DNA of 64,000 bases from an uncultured Spirochaetota bacterium (GCA_963781885.1 CAWAHW010000006.1:96001-160000); one strand, 5' to 3'. Shown: positions 38,718 to 47,716, counted from the stretch's first letter. Numbers and translations are program-made. The notes: generated by a model from the sequence alone, not told the origin.

Positions 38718-40088
38718 TTACGGTGTCCTCCTCTGCAGTTGATTTTGACTTTCGGCAGACACTACCGCCGTGGGACGGAACGTGTCAAGCGCGCCGTGCA
38801 CCGCGGCAAGCGCGTCCTCCAGAAAGCCCGACAGTCCCAGGACGACGCTGTCCCACGCGCGGCGGACAAAGCCGGCGGCGTCCACGCTCGTCGTGGCAAG
38901 CAGGGGGATCCGCGCAATTTCTCCCGCGGGCGACGAGTAGACGAGCTCGCCCACCGTCTGGCCCTTGTAGACAGGGGCGACAAGCGGCGAACGGCTCAGC
39001 ATGGAGTAGGTGAGACCGGCCATTTCGTCGTCGCGCACGGTGAGCTGGAGGGGATTTGCCGGCGCCACGGCCACTCCCTTTGCCGTTCCCTTCCAGACGC
39101 GGACGGGCGGAAGCGTGGGGGTGTCCAGCGATACGGTGGTATAGGTGCGAAAGCCGTAGGAAAGAAGGGCAAGGGCGTCCTGCGCCCTTTTCATCATGCC
39201 TTCCGGCAGCGTGAGCCCCGCGACCCCGAGCAGCACGGCAACGACGCGGGTGGAGCCCTGGCGCGCGGTGATGGCCGCGGTGAAGTCCTCATCGTCCAGC
39301 CGGCCCGTCTTCAGGCCGTCCACGCCGACCCCCCACCAGACGAGGTTGTTGGCGTTGTACTGCTTTTTCACCGGGTCACGGGGCAGGCGCCCGTCCGGCA
39401 TGTTCTGCGCCAGGGGATATTCGAACTCCCGTACGGAATGCAGCTCTTCCAGCGCATCCGGGTGCAGCATGATATAGCGGCGGCAGAAGTCCGCGAACTC
39501 CCGCGCCGTGACGACATTCCCCTCCTCCGCGCCCGCGGGGTCGGTGAAATGCATCCGGGTGTAGCCCATGAAGCGCGCTTCGTCGTTCATCCACTGGACG
39601 AAGGTGCGGATGCTGCCGGCGGCATATTCCGCCAGTGCATTGGCGGCATCATTGCCCGATGCCACCGCCGCCCCTTTCATGAGCTCTTCCACGGTCACGA
39701 TCTGCCCCGGCCCCAGGTGCATGAGGGTGGAGCCCGGTACCTGGTGATCCGCCCACGCATTGGAGGACAGGTACACCACGTCCGTGCGGCGGATCTGCCT
39801 TTCGTCGAGCATGCGCAGCACGATGTGGAGCGTCATGAGCTTGGCAAGGGACGCCGGCACGAAGTCCTGGTCCGCGTTGTACTGGTAGAGGACACGGCCC
39901 GTTGCCTGGTCGATGAGGATGGCCGCGCGCGCCCAGCTCAGGAGCGGCTTGTCCGCCGGCATCCCCGTTGTCTGCACGGGCTGGGCACAGAGACTCCCGC
40001 CCATGGAGGCTGCAAAAACGAGTGCGATGAGCAGGTGACGTGCGAAACGGCGTTTCAGACCTTCCTCCCGTGTCTGAGACCTCGACAT
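38718..40088 (-). CDS. D-alanyl-D-alanine carboxypeptidase (peptidase S11)
   Basis: PASLAKLMT (SxxK), SGNDAA (SxN), GLKTG (KTG), PBP5 C-domain. Confidence 0.92.
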   Translation of the reverse strand: MSRSQTREEGLKRRFARHLLIALVFAASMGGSLCAQPVQTTGMPADKPLLSWARAAILIDQATGRVLYQYNADQDFVPASLAKLMTLHIVLRMLDERQIRRTDVVYLSSNAWADHQVPGSTLMHLGPGQIVTVEELMKGAAVASGNDAANALAEYAAGSIRTFVQWMNDEARFMGYTRMHFTDPAGAEEGNVVTAREFADFCRRYIMLHPDALEELHSVREFEYPLAQNMPDGRLPRDPVKKQYNANNLVWWGVGVDGLKTGRLDDEDFTAAITARQGSTRVVAVLLGVAGLTLPEGMMKRAQDALALLSYGFRTYTTVSLDTPTLPPVRVWKGTAKGVAVAPANPLQLTVRDDEMAGLTYSMLSRSPLVAPVYKGQTVGELVYSSPAGEIARIPLLATTSVDAAGFVRRAWDSVVLGLSGFLEDALAAVHGALDTFRPTAVVSAESQNQLQRRTP

Positions 40089-40173
40089 TCTGGATGGTGG
40101 TACGCGGCAGGTGACGAGCTGGCCGCAGTATACATCGAACGCCGCGCCTGCGGGAAGCGGCCGTCACTCATCC

Positions 40174-40292
40174 CAGCAGTCTCATTTTGGACCATCCGGA
40201 GCTGACGACCGGGCATTCTTGCCCAAAAATGGCTTATTACCATGGGACAAAATGAGAACTGCATCGTTCGGTTGCCAAACTGAAAATTGCTG
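40174..40292. mobile_element. MITE copy 1 (119 bp) with imperfect TIRs and a perfect 9-bp target-site duplication
   Basis: Ends CAGCAGTCTCATTTTGG...CCAAACTGAAAATTGCTG; flanked by CACTCATCC at 40165-40173 and 40293-40301; AT-richer than its surroundings; second copy at 42487. Confidence 0.9.
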
Positions 40293-40295
40293 CAC

Positions 40296-41786
40296 TCATC
40301 CGCAGATCCGGCGCACACTGTCCATGTCGAGGTTTTGTGCGACAACGTCCGCCACCCTGTCGATTTCCCGCTCCACGATGGCATGCAAGGGCTCACCCGT
40401 CTCCCGCGCGCGCCACCCGAGTGACGAAAGCCACGCGCGTCTGAAGGCGGGAGCGCCGAACACGCCATGCAGGTACGTGCCCCACACGCGGCCGTCCCGC
40501 GCCGCCGCGCCGTCCGGCGTGCCGTCCTCCCGCGTGAACACGGGCAGCCAGCCGGCGGCAGGGAACGTGCGCCCGCGATGTATCTCATAGCCTGACACCT
40601 CGCGACCGGCGCAGGAGCGGAGGAATCCCGGGCCATCGTTCACGGTGGCGGCCACCTGCCGCACCTCCTTCTCCTCCTCGAAGCTTGTCTCCACGGGGAG
40701 CAGGCCCAGGCCTTCCCGTGTGCCGGCGGCACCTTCACTTCCGCCCTGGTCGTTCACGGCAAGCCCCATCATCTGATAGCCGCCGCAGATGCCCACCACG
40801 ACTCCTCCCTGGTCCGCGTATGCCCGCACGGCGTGGCCGAAGCCCCGGGATGAAAGCCAGGCGAGGTCGGAGAGCGTCGCCTTGCTGCCGGGGATGATGA
40901 GCGCATCCGGCGAACCGAGGTCCCGCACCGAGGAGACGAACCGGACGTGCACACCGGCCTCCATGGCCAGAGGATCACAATCGTCGAAATTGGAAATGTG
41001 CGGCAGGTGGATCACCGCGACGTCCACGCCCCCGGGATCCGGGGAAAGCCCACCGCCGGAGATCATGGCCGCATCCTCCTGCGGCAGGCGCAGATTCTCC
41101 ATGTAGGGAATGACGCCCAGGGTGGGCACGCCGCTTGTGAGCTTCTCCAGCATCTGGAGTCCCGACGCGAGCTGGTCGGGGTCGCCACGGAACCTGTTGA
41201 TCACGAAGCCCTTGACGAGCGCCCGCTCCTCCGGTTCCAGGAGCGCGAGGGTGCCAACGAGCGCGGCAAAGACGCCGCCCCGCTCGATGCTCGCCGCGAG
41301 GAGCACCGGTGCGGAGCAGGCGCGCGCGACGCGCATGTTGACGATCTCTTCCTTCTTGAGGTTGATCTCCACCGGGCTTCCCGCCCCCTCGATAAGGAGG
41401 AGATCGTAACGCGCGCGCTGGCGCTCCAGCGCCTCTTCCACCGCTTTCCAGAGCAGCGGGCGGCATTCCGCCCAGTCATCGGGGCCGATGGATTTCCACG
41501 CCCTGCCGTTCAGCACGACCTGGGTGCGGTTCCCCGTCTCCGGCTTCAGAAGCACGGGATTCATATCGGCGTCGGGCTCCAGGCGGCACGCCTGCGCCTG
41601 CACGGCCTGGGACCTTCCGATTTCCGTTCCGTCGAGGCTCACCGCGGAGCTCAGGGAGAGATTCTGCGCCTTGAACGGCGCCACGCGGATGCCGTCGCGC
41701 GCGAAGATCCGGCAGAGCGCCGTCACGAGCAGGCTCTTGCCTGCCGCCGAGGAGGTGCCCTGGATCATGAGGACGCGTGCGGGCAT
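40296..41786 (-). CDS. cobQ: Cobyric acid synthase
   Basis: QGTSSAAGKS, PFKAQN, NPVLLKP, EGAGSPVEINL, ISNFDD, GICGGYQM, GTYLHG. Confidence 0.95.
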   Translation of the reverse strand: MPARVLMIQGTSSAAGKSLLVTALCRIFARDGIRVAPFKAQNLSLSSAVSLDGTEIGRSQAVQAQACRLEPDADMNPVLLKPETGNRTQVVLNGRAWKSIGPDDWAECRPLLWKAVEEALERQRARYDLLLIEGAGSPVEINLKKEEIVNMRVARACSAPVLLAASIERGGVFAALVGTLALLEPEERALVKGFVINRFRGDPDQLASGLQMLEKLTSGVPTLGVIPYMENLRLPQEDAAMISGGGLSPDPGGVDVAVIHLPHISNFDDCDPLAMEAGVHVRFVSSVRDLGSPDALIIPGSKATLSDLAWLSSRGFGHAVRAYADQGGVVVGICGGYQMMGLAVNDQGGSEGAAGTREGLGLLPVETSFEEEKEVRQVAATVNDGPGFLRSCAGREVSGYEIHRGRTFPAAGWLPVFTREDGTPDGAAARDGRVWGTYLHGVFGAPAFRRAWLSSLGWRARETGEPLHAIVEREIDRVADVVAQNLDMDSVRRICG

Positions 41787-41804
41787 CCCGCGTGGCGCCC
41801 TGTG

Positions 41805-42341
41805 CTACTGGGGCCCGGACTCGCCGCCCGAGCGGATGTTGATGCGGATCTCCTCCCCCGAATCCGGCTGCTCCCGAGGGGGAACGACGAGCCGCAGAAG
41901 CCCGTTGTGGTAGCGCGCCTCCGTGCCCGCCTGGTCGAACTTGTCGGCCGGCGCGTAGTACCGCTGCTCTTCGACGTCCTTCAGCTTCAGGCGGCGCTTG
42001 AAATACTGCACGCCCTCTTCACTCTCCAGCGCCTGCGGCGCCTTTGCCGAGAAGATGAGGTGGTCGCCGCGGAACTGCACGGTGAGGTCTTTCTCCTCGA
42101 ACCCGGCGAGGGCGATTTCCACCACGAGCTTCTTGTCGCGCGTGAGGTAGATCGTGGACGGGGGATACATGTAGGCGGGGTAGTAGTCGGGGTTGCCGAA
42201 TGGTCCCTTGCCGAAATGCTCGGCGGCCTGACGCATCCTTTCCGCGGCCTCCTGGTCGAAGTGGCCGCCGAAGTTTTCGGCGAACTTGAACGCTTCGTCC
42301 ATGATGCGGCCGAGGTCGAACGTGAATACCCGATTGGTCAT
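41805..42341 (-). CDS. Hsp20/alpha-crystallin family small heat-shock protein
   Basis: YPP..IY, EIALAGF, ARYHNGLLRLVVP. Confidence 0.88.
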   Translation of the reverse strand: MTNRVFTFDLGRIMDEAFKFAENFGGHFDQEAAERMRQAAEHFGKGPFGNPDYYPAYMYPPSTIYLTRDKKLVVEIALAGFEEKDLTVQFRGDHLIFSAKAPQALESEEGVQYFKRRLKLKDVEEQRYYAPADKFDQAGTEARYHNGLLRLVVPPREQPDSGEEIRINIRSGGESGPQ

Positions 42342-42486
42342 GGGAGTGCCTCCCTTGTGCAACGTGTCGGCTCCCCATGCGGGCGAGCCACCGGGCCCCC
42401 CATGCGGGGCGGCTCGAGGAAGCCACAGCCTCCACCCTCAATGTACTGATTGCCGGAGCGGGTGGACAAGTGAAGGAGGGCGCCGA

Positions 42487-42598
42487 CAGCAATTCTCAGT
42501 TTGGCAACCGAATGATGCAGTTCTCATTTTGTCCCCTGGTAATAAGCCATTTCTGAGCAAAAATGCTCGTCGTCAGCTCCGGATGGTCCAAAATGAGA
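42487..42598. mobile_element. MITE copy 2 (inverted relative to copy 1); its last 7 bp (44083-44089) are displaced by the IS insertion
   Basis: About 92% identical by eye to the reverse complement of 40174-40292; flanks GGGCGCCGA (42478-42486) and GGGCGCCGC (44090-44098) are an 8/9 TSD. Confidence 0.88.
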
Positions 42599-42701
42599 CA
42601 ATATGAAGTGCCCCCAGGTGGTTGCTACAACGTGGATCGGCCGTATCATGAGATTGGCGTCTCGATGCGGCACGCCACAAACAACGCACAAGGGGGCAGT
42701 C

Positions 42702-43796
42702 ATGGGTATTGTACATTACGTTGGCATGGACGTCGACAAAGAAAAGATCGCCATAGCGATCCTGAGCGGGCGCGATCAGAAGCCGAGGGCCGAGACGGTG
42801 ATTCGCAATGAAAAGAGCGTAATCCAGGCCTATTTCAAGAAGCTCCAGTCCGCGGGGGACTTGGTGACATGCTACGAGGCGGGATGTCTAGGGTATTCCC
42901 TGTATCGACAATTGACGGAACTGGGTGTGCCGTGTGCGGTGCTGGCTCCGTCTCAGATTCCACATCGTCCGGGAGATCGCATAAAGACCGATAGAAGGGA
43001 CGCTGTGATGCTTGCTCGCGCACTTCGGAGCGGGGATGTGAGTGCCGTTCATGTACCCACGCGGGAAGACGAAGCGGTTCGCGACTATCTACGAATGCTG
43101 GAGGACATGAAGTCCGATCTGCGCAAGGCCAAGCAGCGCGTGCTGGGTTTTCTTCTGCGGAGGCGGATACGTTATGAACAAGGAGCCACATGGACGCAGC
43201 CGCATCGAGCATGGTTGCAGGCTCTTGAGTTGGAGGATCCGCTGGAGCAGTTGACTCTCACCGAGTACCGCTGCCAAGTCGACGAGCTGGAGGAGAAGTG
43301 TCGGCGGATCAAGGCGGGCATCGAAGAGATCGCGGCAGGTAAAAGCTATGCCGAACCTGTAGCCAAGCTGAAGGCGTTCAAGGGCGTGGAGACGCTGATC
43401 GCCTTGTCGCTTGTTTCGGAGATCGGGGACTTTCGGCGCTTTGCAGGTGCGGATCAATTCATGGCGTTTTTGGGGTTGGTGCCCTCCGAGCGATCCAGCG
43501 GAAACAAGAGGCGCTTGGGAGGAATCACAAAGGCGGGTAATTCCCACCTGCGCAAACTTCTGGTGGAGGCCGCCTGGCAATACCGCAGCTACCATCCCAG
43601 TAGCACTCGGTTGATGAAACGACGCGAGGGTCTTTCTCCATCCTTGGTCAGCTATGCCAACCGTGCGTGCAGGCGGCTAAACAAGAAATTTCTGCGTCTG
43701 CTTTTTCGCGGCAAAGCTTCTCAGACCGTGGTGACGGCGGTGGCGCGAGAGCTCTCGGGGTTCCTGTGGGGCGCGATGGTTGATCGGGTGGCTTGA
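42702..43796 (+). CDS. IS110-family DEDD recombinase/transposase
   Basis: GMDVDK, YEAG, KTDRRDA (DEDD); EIGDFRRF, GLVPSERSSG (catalytic Ser loop), ITKAGN. Confidence 0.96.
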   Translation: MGIVHYVGMDVDKEKIAIAILSGRDQKPRAETVIRNEKSVIQAYFKKLQSAGDLVTCYEAGCLGYSLYRQLTELGVPCAVLAPSQIPHRPGDRIKTDRRDAVMLARALRSGDVSAVHVPTREDEAVRDYLRMLEDMKSDLRKAKQRVLGFLLRRRIRYEQGATWTQPHRAWLQALELEDPLEQLTLTEYRCQVDELEEKCRRIKAGIEEIAAGKSYAEPVAKLKAFKGVETLIALSLVSEIGDFRRFAGADQFMAFLGLVPSERSSGNKRRLGGITKAGNSHLRKLLVEAAWQYRSYHPSSTRLMKRREGLSPSLVSYANRACRRLNKKFLRLLFRGKASQTVVTAVARELSGFLWGAMVDRVA

Positions 43797-43812
43797 GGAG
43801 GCTGCGTATGCA

Positions 43813-44017
43813 ATCGAGGCAACCGGGACGGATGGGGAAGGTTCGTGGCGAACGGAGAATCCTCGAGCGGTTCTGCAGGCAGACTATGGTCTGATCCTGG
43901 TAATGAGACGGAGGCAAGCTCCTGACGATCACATTGGCCTGCGGTAACCAATCCACGCATATCAGACTGGTCGATCGTCGGTTATGCCCTTCTCCATCTC
44001 TTCGGGTTGGCCTCGAT
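43813..44017 (+). ncRNA. Putative bridge RNA / seekRNA of the IS1111-type element
   Basis: Closing stem 43813-43841 with 43988-44017; two internal loops carry segments matching the target (AGCGGTTCT, AATGAGA) and the donor junction (CACATTG, CATATCAGAC). Confidence 0.8.
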
Positions 44018-44058
44018 GTTCAGAAGGAGTTCTAAAGAAAAAAGGAGGCTTTTAGAGC

Positions 44059-44082
44059 TTGACGGGGGCACATCATATCAGA
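44059..44082 (+). promoter_or_regulatory. Outward-facing -35 box of a predicted circle-junction promoter
   Basis: TTGACG at 44059-64; circularisation places GACAAT 16 bp downstream. Confidence 0.55.
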
Positions 44083-44098
44083 ACTGCTGGGGCGCCGC

Positions 44099-46111
44099 TC
44101 AGACCCTGACGGGCATGACCAGAAAGGGGATGCCCAGCTGGTGGAGACGCCGCTGGACCGCGAAGGTGGTGTGGTTGAAGAGCAGCCGGGTAAGAAAAGA
44201 ATCTTCGGCGAAGACGATCTGCCCGCCGAAGAAGACGGCCGCGGGGTGTCTGCGATGGATTGTCACCGCCAGGCCGCAGATCTCGTCGGAGACGTCGGTG
44301 CCCACCGCGGAGTATCCCTCCGCGTGGAATCCCTCCGTCTCCAGGAAGCGCACGTACCGGTCCAGTCCCGCGTCCACGTGTGTCCGCAGGTCGTTGAGCC
44401 CTTCCACGCCCTTGAACCGGTCCGCGTCCACGATGCCCGCCTGGATGAATATCCAGTTGCGGAAGACATCGCCAAAGACCTTTCGGACGTTGAAGAGCGT
44501 ATGCAGGCCGGTGCCGTTGAATCCGGACACCAGGAGCACGGCGGTCTTCGCCTTCGGATCCAGGTGGGACTTCCTTTTGCGCGCATGCGCCGCCTGCACA
44601 GCCGCGACCGCGGCCGGCGCATCGCTCAGCTCCGTGACACCCGTCATGAGGTGGTCCAGGCGCGACAGCCGCCTGCCCGTCGATCTATAGAAGCGCTTCA
44701 CGACGATCGCGACCACCACGAGCGACCCGGTCACCAGAAGCGTGATCCACCCGCCCACGGCGAATTTGAGGATCACCTGGGAGACGAGGATGAAGCCCGT
44801 GAGGAGCAGGCCGAAGCCGTTGATGAGGATCTTCCGCTTCCAAGAGCGCACGGTCTTTCGCTCCTGCCACCAATGCCGGACCATGCCCGCCTGGGACAGG
44901 CAGAAGGTGATGAAGACGTTGATCGCATAGAGGACGATCAGGAAGGAAACGGCGCCCCGGCTCACGAGCATGAGCACAAGGGCGGCGCCGCCCATGAGCA
45001 CGATGCCGTTCTTGATCACCAGGCGCTCGCTGAGGAGGCTGAACTGGCTGGGCAGCCACCGGTCGATCGACATGTTGGCAAGCACGCGCGGGCCGTCGAG
45101 GAAGCCGGTCTGCGCCGCGACGAAGAGCAGCACCGCCTCGGAGATCAGCGTCACGAGCACAAAAGCGTAGCCGGGCGCGCCCCAGCCCGCGGCGATGCGC
45201 TCCATGAGCGTGGCATTCAGGGTCCTGCCCGGCACCTTCACCACGCCGAAGAGCAGGTACCCGATCATGAGCCCGGCCGCCATGAAGGCAAGGGAGACGG
45301 CCATGTAGCGCATCGTGCGCTTGGCGGTCTGCACGCGCGGCTCGCGCAGGATGGGAAGACCGTTGCTCACCGCCTCGATGCCCGTGTAGGTGCCGGCGCC
45401 CATGCTGTAGGCGCGGAGTATCAGCACGAAGACGCCGAAGGTCCCGAGCTGCGTCGCCGCGGCGCCCGTCTCCCGGACGGTGCTGTTCGCCACGGCGCCC
45501 ATCTCCGGCAGGTGCGCGCCGATTGCGTAGAGCACGGCAAATGTGTGCGTCACGAGGAAGAGCAGGAAGATGGGCACCAGCGGCGCCACCGATTCCTTGA
45601 CCCCGCGGAGATTGAGCACCGTGAGCCCGAGGACCCCCACCACGGCAAGCACGATCTTCAGCGGCTGCGCGGCAACGGGAAGAAAGCTGAAGATGGCATC
45701 GGCGCCGCTCGCAATGGAAAGGGTGATGGTGAGGACGTAGTCGATGAGGAGCGCGCAGCCGGAAATCATGCCGATTGTCGGGGAGAGCAGCTTGCTCGCC
45801 ACGAGATAGCCGCCGCCGCCCGACGGAAAGAGCTCCACGATCTGGGAATAGCTTGCGGCAATCACGAAGATCGTGACGGCCGTGGCAAGGGCGACGAATA
45901 TGCCCAGGTAGCCGTGCCGGCCCAGGGACAGGAAGGACTCCTCGGGGCCGTAGTTGGCGGATGAGAGCCCGTCCGCTCCCAGGCCCACCCAGGCGAAAAA
46001 GGCGATCAGGGAGAGCTTGTGGAAAAGGTTCGGGTCGCGGATGTCCCGCGCGCCGCCGATCACGGCGGTCCGGAGCTTGTCGATGATGCCCGTGTGTTCG
46101 TGGCTGCTCAT
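44099..46111 (-). CDS. APC-family permease (KimA/YdaO-like)
   Basis: ADGLSSANYGPEE, GGGGYLVA, DYVLT, NLRGVKES, TGIEAVSNG. Confidence 0.85.
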   Translation of the reverse strand: MSSHEHTGIIDKLRTAVIGGARDIRDPNLFHKLSLIAFFAWVGLGADGLSSANYGPEESFLSLGRHGYLGIFVALATAVTIFVIAASYSQIVELFPSGGGGYLVASKLLSPTIGMISGCALLIDYVLTITLSIASGADAIFSFLPVAAQPLKIVLAVVGVLGLTVLNLRGVKESVAPLVPIFLLFLVTHTFAVLYAIGAHLPEMGAVANSTVRETGAAATQLGTFGVFVLILRAYSMGAGTYTGIEAVSNGLPILREPRVQTAKRTMRYMAVSLAFMAAGLMIGYLLFGVVKVPGRTLNATLMERIAAGWGAPGYAFVLVTLISEAVLLFVAAQTGFLDGPRVLANMSIDRWLPSQFSLLSERLVIKNGIVLMGGAALVLMLVSRGAVSFLIVLYAINVFITFCLSQAGMVRHWWQERKTVRSWKRKILINGFGLLLTGFILVSQVILKFAVGGWITLLVTGSLVVVAIVVKRFYRSTGRRLSRLDHLMTGVTELSDAPAAVAAVQAAHARKRKSHLDPKAKTAVLLVSGFNGTGLHTLFNVRKVFGDVFRNWIFIQAGIVDADRFKGVEGLNDLRTHVDAGLDRYVRFLETEGFHAEGYSAVGTDVSDEICGLAVTIHRRHPAAVFFGGQIVFAEDSFLTRLLFNHTTFAVQRRLHQLGIPFLVMPVRV

Positions 46112-46186
46112 GGGGACGCGGCGGGTACTTTATCCGCTCCGGGAAAGGTGTTCAAGCGACCCGGGAGGGCCGGGAGGGCCCGGGGT

Positions 46187-46855
46187 CTACATCGCGGGCG
46201 GCGTGTCCAGCTCCTCGCCGTGGCCGGTGATGGAAAAGACCACCCGCTCGCAGATATTGCCCACGCGGTCGGCGACCCGCTCGAGGTTGTGCGCCACCCA
46301 GGTGAGGCGCGTCGCCTGGTCGGTGGCCTTGGGATCGGACATGATGAATTGCGTGAGGTCGCGGTAGATCCGCTCGTAGAGCTGGTCCACCTCGGCGTCT
46401 TCCTTCGGGATGGCGCGGGCAGCCTCCACGTCCTGGCGGAGGAAGGCCTCCAGGGCGCGGTGGAGCATGTCGCAAGCCTTCACGGCCATGCGGGGGATGT
46501 CCACGAGGGGCTTGATCAGGAGCTCGTCGCCGATCATGACGGCCACCGTGGCGATTCCCTTCGCGTAGTCGGCCATGCGCTCCAGCTCCGAGGCGATCTC
46601 CAGGATGGAGGCGAGCGTGCGCAGGTCCCCCGCCATGGGCTGCTGCGTGGCGATCAGGGTGAGCGTCTCGTTCTCAATGGCGTAGCGTTTCTCATTGATC
46701 GTCCTGTCGGCGTCGATGATGCGGTGGGCGCGCGTGAAATCCCTGTCCTGCAGGGTCTGCACGGACTCCGCCACCGCGCGCTCGGCCATCGCGCCAAGCT
46801 CGATGATCTCATCCTGCAGCCGGTGCAGGTCGTGCTCGAACTTTTCCCTCGGCAT
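46187..46855 (-). CDS. phoU: PhoU (second copy)
   Basis: QQPMAGDLR, ELERMADYA, LERVADRVGNICER. Confidence 0.93.
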   Translation of the reverse strand: MPREKFEHDLHRLQDEIIELGAMAERAVAESVQTLQDRDFTRAHRIIDADRTINEKRYAIENETLTLIATQQPMAGDLRTLASILEIASELERMADYAKGIATVAVMIGDELLIKPLVDIPRMAVKACDMLHRALEAFLRQDVEAARAIPKEDAEVDQLYERIYRDLTQFIMSDPKATDQATRLTWVAHNLERVADRVGNICERVVFSITGHGEELDTPPAM

Positions 46856-46948
46856 ATCTCCTCCTGGGCGCCCGGGGATTCCGTCCGCGGCATGCCGCGG
46901 AGTTTCCGCGCCCTGCGGGCCGCGCGGCAACCGCCGCAGGCTCCCGCC

Positions 46949-47716
46949 TCACCCGAATCTCCCCGTAATATAATCTTCGGTACGCCGGTCGGTCGGGCTC
47001 GTAAAAATCTGCTGCGTCGCATCGAACTCCGCGAGTATCCCCGCGTGGCGCTCGTTCAGCCAGAAGAAGCCCGTCCGGTCCGACACCCGCGCCGCCTGCT
47101 GCATGTTGTGCGTGACGATGACGATCGTGTACTTCTCCTTCAGCGCGCGCATGAGCTCCTCCATCCGCAGCGTGGCAATGGGGTCCAGCGCGGAGCACGG
47201 CTCGTCCATGAGGATCACGTCGGGGGCCACGGCGATCACGCGCGCGATGCAGAGGCGCTGCTGCTGCCCCAGGGAGAGCGACAGGGCGTCCTGGTGGAGC
47301 GAATCCTTCAGCTCGTCCCAGAGGTCCGCCCCGCGCAGGCTTTTTTCCACCACGCCGGAAAGGGCGCGGCCGCGGTGCGTCCCCATGACCCGGGGACCGA
47401 AGGCGACATTGTCGTATATGCTCTGCGGGAACGGGTTGGGCCGCTGGAAGACCATGCCCACCCGCTTGCGCAAGTCCACGACGTCGGTGCCCGGAGCGTA
47501 GATGTCGCGGCCGTCGATCCGCACCGTCCCCTCCACCCGGGTGCCGGGGATGGTATCGTTCATGCGGTTGAGGCAGCGCAGGAACGTCGACTTCCCGCAT
47601 CCCGATGGGCCGATGAGCGCCGTGATCTGCCTTTCTTCCACCGTCATGCTGACATCCTGCAGGGCAAGACGGGCGCCGTAGTGGAATGTGAGGTTTCGCA
47701 CGACGATGCCGCCCAT
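46949..47716 (-). CDS. pstB: Phosphate ABC ATPase (second operon); signature reads LSLGQQ
   Basis: [34 protein letters not shown]. Confidence 0.93.
   Translation of the reverse strand: MGGIVVRNLTFHYGARLALQDVSMTVEERQITALIGPSGCGKSTFLRCLNRMNDTIPGTRVEGTVRIDGRDIYAPGTDVVDLRKRVGMVFQRPNPFPQSIYDNVAFGPRVMGTHRGRALSGVVEKSLRGADLWDELKDSLHQDALSLSLGQQQRLCIARVIAVAPDVILMDEPCSALDPIATLRMEELMRALKEKYTIVIVTHNMQQAARVSDRTGFFWLNERHAGILAEFDATQQIFTSPTDRRTEDYITGRFG

Larger units (their letters stand above)
42599..44082 (+). mobile_element. IS110-family (IS1111-type) insertion sequence, ~1.48 kb
   Basis: Sub-terminal IRs ATATGAAGTGCCCCC (42601-42615) and GGGGGCACATCATAT (44064-44078); shared core AGA at 42596-98 and 44080-82; long 3' non-coding region; inserted inside the MITE TIR. 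Confidence 0.92.

Noticed and set aside
40174-44089. Composite transposon or invertible segment carrying cobQ-hsp20 between the inverted MITE copies
   Set aside because: Each copy has its own distinct 9-bp TSD on both sides, so these are independent insertions with no sign of inversion or joint movement.
46112-46186. c-di-AMP (ydaO) riboswitch before the KimA-like gene
   Set aside because: The intergenic space is only 75 bp and the conserved motifs were not seen.
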